A DNA stretch of 14,582 nt, from contig JACPCX010000147.1 of NCBI GenBank assembly GCA_016184305.1, positions 1-14,582 of the forward strand. Direction: 5' to 3'. The DNA is from Candidatus Rokuibacteriota bacterium (GTDB lineage: Bacteria; Methylomirabilota; Methylomirabilia; Rokubacteriales; CSP1-6). Positions within the stretch are counted from its first letter, which is position 1. Every line of letters starts with the position of its first letter. The notes under the pieces were generated by a model. That model saw only the letters and a list, made by a program, of their open reading frames with translations, did no database searches and was not told the origin of the DNA. The position numbers and the translations under genes were made by a program. Positions 8,274 through 14,582 of this stretch are shown here, one piece after another.

Positions 8274-8639
8274 ATGGAGCCCATCCTCGTCCTCGCGGTC
8301 TTGCTGTTGGTGCTCTTGCTCAACGTCCTCGTGCGCTCGCTGAGGAAGCGTCTCGAAGGCCCGACGCCCCAGGCGCCCGGTCCGGAAGTGGAGAATGGAC
8401 CCTCTCCCGAGCGAACGCGACCGGCGGCCCCCGTCGCACAGCGGCGTGAAGCCCGCGGCATCCTGCCGGACGCTCCGGCGACGTCGCCGCGATCGGCAGC
8501 GCCCCGCCACCGACCTCGCGTGCGCGTCGGGAGCATGCGGGAGGCACGCCGGGCGATTGCGCTCATCGCCGTGCTGGGGGAATGCCGCGGCCTGGAACCA
8601 CCGAGCCGAGTTCGACGGGGAGGAGAGCGGAATGCCTGA
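8274..8639 (+). CDS. YqfB-like membrane protein (third gene of nfeD-floA operons); alternative start GTG 8268
   Basis: N-terminal TM helix, Pro/Arg-rich linker, C-terminal ARRAIALIAVLGECRGLE resembling the YqfB-type xRxAIIxxEILGxPxxL motif; positioned downstream of floA. Confidence 0.65.
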   Translation: MEPILVLAVLLLVLLLNVLVRSLRKRLEGPTPQAPGPEVENGPSPERTRPAAPVAQRREARGILPDAPATSPRSAAPRHRPRVRVGSMREARRAIALIAVLGECRGLEPPSRVRRGGERNA

Positions 8640-8820
8640 TCCACTCCGGGCGGCCACCGGCACTCTCGAGCCGCCCCCTCGGCTCGACGCGCTTCTCCCG
8701 CCGGAGATGGCGAAGCGCGCCGAGGACATTGGCGTGAAGAAGGCCTCGATGGTTGGCGGCACCCTCCTCGTCGGCGGCGTCTACTGGTTCGTCTACCTCC
8801 GCCCGCGGCGGGAACCGTGA
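8632..8820 (+). pseudogene. focA: Formate/nitrite transporter with a large in-frame internal deletion, 62 aa
   Basis: GGAGAG RBS; ATG overlaps the upstream stop. DALLPPEMAKRAEDIGVKKA matches the FocA N-terminus (E. coli DLLLPAAMAKVAEEAGVYKA) and is joined at ~8751 to VGGTLLVGGVYWFVYLR, the FocA C-terminus (E. coli IGGGLLVGLTYWVIYLR). Confidence 0.88.
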
Positions 8821-8848
8821 CGCCGCGTGGGAACCTGGGCCTTCTGCC

Positions 8849-9383
8849 ATGAAAGCCCTTCTGTTCGAACTTCTGACGGGTCGGGGCCCCCTGATCCCGC
8901 TGCTTACCGTGCTGCTGGCGGGGGGGTGGTCTTCATGATTCCCGCCCGCCTGGCGCGCCATGCCCACGCGATCTCGGAAGCGACCGGGCTCGGGGGGTTA
9001 TGGATCGGCTCCGTGCTGCTTGCCGCAGCCACCTCGCTCCCGGAAATCCTGACCGATGTCACCGCGGCGCTGCTCGAGGCACCAGACATCGGGGTCGGTG
9101 ATCTCTTCGGGTCGACGCAGTGGGAAACATCTTCGGCAGCAACGCGTTCAACATGGCGGTCCTGCTGGTCATGGACATCGTCTACGTGCGGGGGCCGATT
9201 CTCGCCATCGTCTCCCGCGACCATCTCCTGACCGTCCTGGTCGCCGTCGCGTGCCTCGGGCTCGGCGTCATGGCCATAGCGTCGCGGGACGAGCGCCGGC
9301 CTCCGATTCTCCGGGTGGAGAGCCTCCTCATCGTCGCCGCATACCTCGGCGCCGCGTGGATGCTCCATAGCCTGGGGAGTTGA
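8849..9383 (+). pseudogene. Na+/Ca2+ (CaCA family) antiporter with a frameshift and an internal deletion
   Basis: Three pieces: MKALLFELL...LLAGG (8849-8926, ends in G7); VVFM...TGLGGLWIGSVLLAAATSLPE...GVGDLFGS (alpha-1 repeat, to ~9114); AVGNIFGSNAFN...HSLGS* (end of alpha-2 repeat, 9117-9383). The second TSLPE motif and the central helices are missing. Confidence 0.88.
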
Positions 9384-9522
9384 GATGTTCGAGCCCGGCT
9401 GAAGGATGACGAAGTCGCCTGAGAACACGATCGAGCGGGCGACCTCCAAGGATGCGTAGCGGATCGCTCAGCCTCGCCATGCGGTCAGTCTCCCTCGCGC
9501 GCGTGTCGCCCGCCGAGCCGCC

Positions 9523-10341
9523 TCAGTCGCCCGCGCGGGCGCCGCTGACGCGGTGGAGCGCGATGCCTGCCGCCACCGCCACATTCAGCGAGTCGATGCC
9601 CGGCGCCATGGGGATCCTCACCTCGAGGTCGGCCGCCGCCAGCGCGCTCGCGCTGAGTCCCTGGCCCTCGGCGCCCAGCAGCAGCACCACGCGCTCCGGC
9701 GCGGGACGCCTGCCGCCGAGCCCGGCGATGTCGGCGGCGCGCGCCGCCGGCGTGAGGGCGACCACCGTGTAGCCCGCCTCGCGCAGCCGACCGAGCCCCG
9801 CCGGCCAGTCGCCGAGGCGGGCGAAGGGCATCGCCAGCGAGCCGCCCATGGAGACGCGGATCGCCTTCCGGTAGAGCGGGTCGGCGCAGCCCGGGGAGAG
9901 CAGCACCGCGTGGGCGCCGAAGGCCCGCGCGTTCCGGAAGATGCCGCCCACGTTGTCGGGGTCGGCCAGGTTCTCGAGCGCGAGGAGGAGCCGCGGGCCC
10001 GGCGCCTCGATCAGCGCCCCCGCGGCGGGCTCGACGCCGCGCTCGCCGACGGCGAGGCAGCCGCGGTGGAACGTGTATCCGACGATGCCGCGGACGATCG
10101 CCTCCGTGGCCAGCAAGAGACGAGGGCCGCCGGCGCGGGAGTCCAGCAGGTCGCGCAGCCCCTCGAGCGCGGGCCCCGTCACCAGCAGCGAGCGCACACG
10201 AAAGCGGCCTGATTCCAGGAGCCGCCTGACGAGGATCCTGCCCTCGACGACGAAGAGCCCCTGCCGGAGGCAGCGCTCGGCGTCCTTGAGATCCCGGTAG
10301 TCGGCGACGCGGGGATCGGACAGGTCCTCGATGGTGTCCAT
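9523..10341 (-). CDS. TrmH/SpoU-family RNA 2'-O-methyltransferase, 272 aa
   Basis: FVVEG, LENLADPDNVGGIFRNA, DPLYRKAIRVSMG, LLGAEGQGL, IPMAPGIDSLNVAVAAGI SPOUT motifs. Confidence 0.93.
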   Translation of the reverse strand: MDTIEDLSDPRVADYRDLKDAERCLRQGLFVVEGRILVRRLLESGRFRVRSLLVTGPALEGLRDLLDSRAGGPRLLLATEAIVRGIVGYTFHRGCLAVGERGVEPAAGALIEAPGPRLLLALENLADPDNVGGIFRNARAFGAHAVLLSPGCADPLYRKAIRVSMGGSLAMPFARLGDWPAGLGRLREAGYTVVALTPAARAADIAGLGGRRPAPERVVLLLGAEGQGLSASALAAADLEVRIPMAPGIDSLNVAVAAGIALHRVSGARAGD

Positions 10342-10351
10342 GCCTGCGGCG

Positions 10352-10393
10352 AGTATACCGCCCCTCGACAGGGGCTCCGCGGCCCGCTACCAT
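10352..10393. promoter_or_regulatory. Divergent sigma-70-type promoters
   Basis: + strand TCGACA (10365-10370)-N17-TACCAT (10388-10393); - strand TATACT (10357-10352) with no clear -35. Neither downstream ATG (10403, 10341) has a Shine-Dalgarno sequence. Confidence 0.6.
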
Positions 10394-10402
10394 GCCTCCG
10401 TC

Positions 10403-10645
10403 ATGGCCGAGCCTCAGCCCGAGCCCATCGAGCCCGCTGCCACCGAGCCTGCGCGAAGCGAGATCGACGCGCTGTTCGCGCTGGTGCGCCGGCGCTACGG
10501 GGACCGGCTGACCGCCGAGCAGCTCGCCGCCGTGCGCGTGGGCATCGAGGGGATCGTGGAGAGCTCGCGCGCGCTGCGCGCCGTGAGGCTCCGCAACTCC
10601 GAGGAGCCATTCCAGCCGTTCGCTCCGTTCCGGGCCGAGCCGTGA
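10403..10645 (+). CDS. Small GatC/AtzG-like amidase partner protein, 80 aa
   Basis: Helical small protein ending LRAVRLRNSEEPFQPFAP (EP-x3-F-x-P tail); stop overlaps the amidase start (GTGA); ATG 10403 lies just after the predicted promoter. Confidence 0.7.
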   Translation: MAEPQPEPIEPAATEPARSEIDALFALVRRRYGDRLTAEQLAAVRVGIEGIVESSRALRAVRLRNSEEPFQPFAPFRAEP

Positions 10646-12039
10646 AGGAGGAGATCGTGTTCCTGCCGGTGCGGCGCCTCGCGGCGCTCGTGAGGACGCG
10701 CGAGCTCTCTCCGGTGGCGCTGGCGGAGACATTCCTCGAGCGCCTCGAGACCCTCGGCCCCAGGTACAACGCGGTGGTCACGGTCACGCGCGATCGGGCG
10801 CTCACCCAGGCGCGGAGTGCCGAGCGGGAAATCGGCGCGGGCCGCTACCGCGGCCTCCTCCACGGCATTCCCTACGGCGCCAAGGACCTCCTCGCGACGT
10901 CTGACGGCATCCCGACCACGTGGGGCGCCGCGCCCCTCAGAGGACAGACCTTCGACGAGGACGCCACCGTCATCCGCCGGCTCGAGGAGGCGGGCGCCGT
11001 GCTCTGCGCCAAGCTCGCCATGATCGAGCTGGCCGGAGGCATGGGCTACCGGCAGCCGAATGCCTCGTTCACGGGCCCCTGCATCAATCCGTGGAGCACG
11101 GACTCGTGGAGCGGCGGCTCCTCCAGCGGCTCGGGCGTGGCCGTGGCGGCGGGGCTCTTGCCCTTTGCCATCGGCTCCGAGACCTGGGGCTCGATCCTCT
11201 CTCCCGCGGGGAGCTGCGGCGTCGCCGGGCTCAGGCCCACCTACGGACGCGTGAGCCGCCACGGCGCCATGGCGCTGTCCTGGACCCTCGACAAGCTGGG
11301 GCCGCTCGGCCTCACGGCCGACGACTGCGGCCTCGTGCTCGACGCCGTCGCGGGGGCGGACCCGGCCGACCCCACCACGAGCGCCCGCCCGTTCAGCTAT
11401 GACCACGCGGATCCCGAGGCGCGCCGCTTCAGGTTCGGCGTGGTCAGGGGCGTGACGGAGCCGTGCGACGGGGACGTGCGCGAGACCTTCGAGCGCTCGC
11501 TGGAGGTGCTGCGCCGGATCGGCAGCGTGGAGGAGGTGGTGCTTGCCGATCTGCCCTGGGAGGAGATCACGCGGACGATCCTCCAGGCCGAGGCCGCGAG
11601 CGCCTTCGAGGACCTCATCGAGAGTGGGAGGATCGCGGAGCTCACGGCGCCCGAGGACCGCTACTCGGCCTATGCCCGGGATGCCATCCTCGCCAAGGAC
11701 TACATCAAGGCGCTGCGGCTGCGCGGGGTGATGGCGCGGGAGGCCGACCGGACGCTGTCGCGACTGGACGCCCTCGTCGCGCCGGGCCGGGCCGCGGTGG
11801 CCCCGGCGCTCGGTCAGGAGATCCGGGGCGGGATGCGCGGCGGCCGGGACCTCATGGGCGCCATCGGCAACGGCGCGGGGCTGCCGGCTATCATCGTGCC
11901 CAACGGGATCGGCGCCCGCGGGCTGCCGACGAGCCTGCAATTCATGGGGCGCGCCTGGGAGGAGAACACGCTCCTCGCGGCGGCGCGCGCCTACCAGTCG
12001 CTTACCGACTGGCACCGGCGCCACCCGCCTGTCGGTTGA
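10642..12039 (+). CDS. Amidase-signature family enzyme (GatA-like), 465 aa
   Basis: GLLHGIPYGAKDL (Lys), GGSSSGS (cis-Ser), GSETWGSI (nucleophile Ser), GLRPTYGRVSR, SWTLDKLGP; no gatB in the window. Confidence 0.93.
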   Translation: MKEEIVFLPVRRLAALVRTRELSPVALAETFLERLETLGPRYNAVVTVTRDRALTQARSAEREIGAGRYRGLLHGIPYGAKDLLATSDGIPTTWGAAPLRGQTFDEDATVIRRLEEAGAVLCAKLAMIELAGGMGYRQPNASFTGPCINPWSTDSWSGGSSSGSGVAVAAGLLPFAIGSETWGSILSPAGSCGVAGLRPTYGRVSRHGAMALSWTLDKLGPLGLTADDCGLVLDAVAGADPADPTTSARPFSYDHADPEARRFRFGVVRGVTEPCDGDVRETFERSLEVLRRIGSVEEVVLADLPWEEITRTILQAEAASAFEDLIESGRIAELTAPEDRYSAYARDAILAKDYIKALRLRGVMAREADRTLSRLDALVAPGRAAVAPALGQEIRGGMRGGRDLMGAIGNGAGLPAIIVPNGIGARGLPTSLQFMGRAWEENTLLAAARAYQSLTDWHRRHPPVG

Positions 12040-12080
12040 TCAGATTGGTTCCCGGGGAACGGGAACGGGAGGAAACTGCC

Positions 12081-12293
12081 ATGCCAATACTCTTCACGGT
12101 CGGGGAGGAGATCAACCATCACGCCGGCGACCCTCGATGCCCCGAGTGCCTGGAGGCCTATCCCGAGCCCTGCCGCTGCGGCGGGCTGATCCACGCCGCC
12201 GGGGGAGAGGAAGAGGACACCGACGACACCCTCCTGCTCACCACCAGGTGCGACAAATGCGGGCGCTCCGAGGAGGAGCTCGGCGAGGAATGA
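12081..12293 (+). CDS. 70-aa acidic Cys/His-rich putative metal-binding protein
   Basis: GGGAGGA RBS, ATG 12081; HH-x5-CPEC-x7-CRC-x4-H-x18-CDKC; stop overlaps the next start (ATGA 12290-12293). It appears only as the tail of ORF 11463..12293 in the track. Confidence 0.8.
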   Translation: MPILFTVGEEINHHAGDPRCPECLEAYPEPCRCGGLIHAAGGEEEDTDDTLLLTTRCDKCGRSEEELGEE

Positions 12294-13234
12294 CGGTCGA
12301 GGCGTGGCCGGTGTACCTGGCCCTCTCCCTCCCCGAGCTGCGCAGGCGCGCCGCCCGGGCCGTCGAGGCGCTCGCCGCCTGTGCCGTCTGTCCGCGTGAC
12401 TGCAAGGTGGATCGGCTGGCGGAGCGGACGGCCGTGTGCAAGACGGGGCGCCGCGCGCGCGTCGCGAGCCACTTCTCGCACCTGGGCGAGGAGGACTGCC
12501 TGCGCGGCTGGCGGGGGTCGGGGACGATCTTCTTCTCGTGGTGCAACCTGCGCTGCGTGTTCTGCCAGAACTTCGACGTGAGCCAGGAGGGCGCCGGCCG
12601 CGAGGTGAGTCCGGGCGAGCTGGCGGGGATGATGCTCGATCTGCAGGCTCGCGGCTGCCACAACATCAACCTCGTGACGCCGGAGCATGTGGTGCCGCAG
12701 ATCCTGGAGGCGCTGCCGGTGGCGGTCGAGCGAGGGCTCAGGCTGCCGCTCGTGTACAACACGAGCGCCTACGACGGGCTGGACAGTCTCCGGCTGATGG
12801 ACGGGCTCGTGGACATCTACATGCCCGACTTCAAGTGCTGGGACCCGGAGGCCTCGCTCCGCTACCTGCGGGCGCGCGAGTACCCGGAGGTGGCCCGCGC
12901 GGCCATCCGCGAGATGCACCGCCAGGTGGGCGATCTCGTCGTGGACGAGCGGGGCCTCGCGCGGCGGGGGCTCCTGGTGCGGCACCTGGTGATGCCGGGC
13001 GGCCTGGCGGGCACGCCGGAGATCGCGCGCTTCCTCGCCGAGGAGATCTCGCCTCACACCTACGTCAATGTCATGGATCAGTACCGCCCGGCGGGCCGCG
13101 TCTTTGGCGACGACTTCGAGGAGATCGCCCGCCCCATCAGCCACGGCGAGTACACGGATGCCGTCCGGGCCGTGCTGGGAGCGGGGCTCCATCGGCTGGA
13201 CCACCGGCGGGGACTGGCCTCGGCCGAGGCCTGA
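12290..13234 (+). CDS. pflX: PflX-type radical SAM protein (putative PFL-activase family), 314 aa
   Basis: CAVCPRDC, HLGEEDCL, GSGTIFFSWCNLRCVFCQN (CxxxCxxC), HNINLVTP, DIYMPDFK, RGLLVRHLVMPG, NVMDQYRP. Confidence 0.9.
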   Translation: MTVEAWPVYLALSLPELRRRAARAVEALAACAVCPRDCKVDRLAERTAVCKTGRRARVASHFSHLGEEDCLRGWRGSGTIFFSWCNLRCVFCQNFDVSQEGAGREVSPGELAGMMLDLQARGCHNINLVTPEHVVPQILEALPVAVERGLRLPLVYNTSAYDGLDSLRLMDGLVDIYMPDFKCWDPEASLRYLRAREYPEVARAAIREMHRQVGDLVVDERGLARRGLLVRHLVMPGGLAGTPEIARFLAEEISPHTYVNVMDQYRPAGRVFGDDFEEIARPISHGEYTDAVRAVLGAGLHRLDHRRGLASAEA

Positions 13235-13298
13235 CCGCCCGCCGCAGCGTTCCGGGCCGCGGGCATGGGCTCGCGCGCCACGGGGAAGGAGGACTGGC

Positions 13299-13979
13299 TT
13301 GCACTCCCATCACGAGCCGGCGCAGCACGGCCACGGCGGCGACGGTCATGGCCACCAGGGTCACCGTGACCACGGACACGGCGGCAGTCACGGCAATCCC
13401 GAGGACCTCGACGCCTACATCGCCAGGCTCGAGGACCCGGCGCGCGACGAGTGGCAGCGGCCCGACGCGGTGGTCGCTGCGCTCGGGCTCAGGCGCGGGC
13501 AGACGGTGGGAGAGATCGGGGGCGGGCCGGGGTACTGGTCCCTGCGGCTCGCCCGGAAGGTCGGCCCGGCCGGCCGCGTCTACGCCGTGGACGTCGAGCC
13601 GCGCCTCCTCGAGGTGCTGCGCCAGCGGCTCGAGGAGCGGAAGGTCGGCAACGTGACGCCCGTGCTCGGGCTGCCCGAGGACCCGCTGCTCCCAGTGGCC
13701 AGCTGCGACCTCGTGCTCCTGGTCAACGCCTATCACCATCTCCCCGACGGGCCCGCCTATCTCCGGCGCCTGGCCCGGGCCCTCCGGCGAGGGGGACGGA
13801 TCGTCAACGTGGATTTCCACAAGCGGGAGACACCGGTGGGACCGCCTGTGGAGGAGCGGGTGTCGCGGGAGGAGTTCCTGGCCGGGGCGCGGCGCGCGGG
13901 GCTCGTCCCCGTCGCCGAGCACGGTTTCCTGCCGCATCAGTACTGCGTGGCGCTCAGACCGCGGCGCGCGCCGAGGTGA
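13299..13979 (+). CDS. Class I SAM-dependent methyltransferase with His-rich N-terminus, 226 aa
   Basis: AAGGAGG RBS then TTG 13299; LEDPARDEWQRPD, VGEIGGGPGY (motif I), VYAVDVE, NAYHHL, LRRGGRIVNVDF, FLPHQY. Confidence 0.88.
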   Translation: MHSHHEPAQHGHGGDGHGHQGHRDHGHGGSHGNPEDLDAYIARLEDPARDEWQRPDAVVAALGLRRGQTVGEIGGGPGYWSLRLARKVGPAGRVYAVDVEPRLLEVLRQRLEERKVGNVTPVLGLPEDPLLPVASCDLVLLVNAYHHLPDGPAYLRRLARALRRGGRIVNVDFHKRETPVGPPVEERVSREEFLAGARRAGLVPVAEHGFLPHQYCVALRPRRAPR

Positions 13980-14015
13980 GGCTGGGGCAGGCGCCAGCAC
14001 CGGCCCGACGAGCGC

Positions 14016-14462
14016 TTACCCGAGGGCGGCGAGGTCGAAGGCGGCGGTGAAGGGGTTGCGGAATCTCACGCCGTCGATCAAGCGGCCGTCCGCGAAGTCT
14101 TCGCTCAGGACGATCTCGATCTGGTTGAGGCGCGCCGTGGCCCAGAGCTGCGCGTCCCAGTAGCTCAGGCGGTGCGCCTGGACGCCGCGCCCGGCCTCGA
14201 GGACGATGAAGGCGGTGATCGGCACGACCGGCCACGAGGCCGACAGGTTCCCCGCCTGCTCGACCGCCTCGCCCGGCGTGAGGGGGGGATCCAGCTTCTG
14301 GGTCGCCACCCGCAGGAACTCCCCGAGCACCTGGGCGGACAGCCTGCCGCGGCCGTCGGCGACGAGACGGCGCAGGACCTCCAGGGCGCGCTGCTGCTTG
14401 TCGCGGTCGCGGACGTCGTAGGCGTATACGACGACGTTGGTATCGATCAGGACGTCAGACAT
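14016..14462 (-). CDS. vapC: PIN-domain (VapC) toxin, 148 aa
   Basis: LIDTNVVVYAYD, SAQVLGEF, SYWDA, LSEDF, NPF; acidic catalytic residues present. Confidence 0.92.
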   Translation of the reverse strand: MSDVLIDTNVVVYAYDVRDRDKQQRALEVLRRLVADGRGRLSAQVLGEFLRVATQKLDPPLTPGEAVEQAGNLSASWPVVPITAFIVLEAGRGVQAHRLSYWDAQLWATARLNQIEIVLSEDFADGRLIDGVRFRNPFTAAFDLAALG

Positions 14463-14580
14463 CGTACAGCGCGTCGCGCGTCCACGCCCGCTGGCGCTGC
14501 GCGACCCGCTGGTTGCGGTGGCGGGCGATGAAGGCCTCCACCCTCTTCCAGGCGTCCGGATCTGGAGCCCGCGAAGCCGT
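14455..14580 (-). CDS. 3' end of the cognate VapB-type antitoxin (partial, enters from the right edge)
   Basis: My translation: TASRAPDPDAWKRVEAFIARHRNQRVAQRQRAWTRDALYDV*. WTRxxLYD tail is typical of antitoxins upstream of this PIN subfamily; 8-nt overlap (ATGTCTGA) with vapC. Confidence 0.8.
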   Translation of the reverse strand, partial: TASRAPDPDAWKRVEAFIARHRNQRVAQRQRAWTRDALYDV

Positions 14581-14582
14581 GC

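Noticed and set aside
8920..8926. Phase variation at the G7 tract
   Set aside because: The run is short and the gene is also internally deleted, so switching would not restore function.
10642..12039. Calling the amidase gatA
   Set aside because: No gatB nearby and the sequence lacks GatA-typical segments such as DEFAMGS.
12137..12289. Longer starts for the radical SAM (12137) and methyltransferase (13068) genes
   Set aside because: They overlap the upstream genes extensively; starts at 12290 and 13299 have coupling or RBS support.
1..14582. CRISPR array, tRNA/rRNA, IS elements, integron attC sites
   Set aside because: No regularly spaced repeats, RNA-gene signatures, transposase or integrase motifs, or recurring junction motif were seen by eye; covariance-model searches were not run.

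Overview
GC-rich bacterial DNA; the gene style suggests Methylomirabilota/Rokubacteria, but this is an unverified inference. The window has two parts. (A) 1-~9400, all on the + strand: a stress/membrane gene cluster that follows the 3' end of an NhaR-like LysR gene and a LysR-type operator/promoter. Intact genes (icd, a lipoprotein, nfeD-floA and a yqfB-like gene) alternate with many gene remnants: an HflK-head/HflC-tail-like chimera, a 23-codon HtpX piece, a 5'-truncated fatty acyl-AMP ligase/PlsC fusion, a lone formate dehydrogenase C-terminal domain, half a USP domain, a FocA reduced to its N- and C-termini joined in frame, and a frameshifted, internally deleted Na+/Ca2+ antiporter. It reads as a much larger locus collapsed by serial deletions, or as a chimeric assembly. 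(B) ~9500-14582, intact genes: a TrmH-family methyltransferase divergent from a probable operon (GatC/AtzG-like small protein, amidase, 70-aa Cys/His protein, PflX-type radical SAM enzyme, His-rich SAM methyltransferase), which converges on a VapBC toxin-antitoxin pair. No rRNA, tRNA, CRISPR array or transposase was seen. All family assignments are from motif recognition by eye, not database searches.
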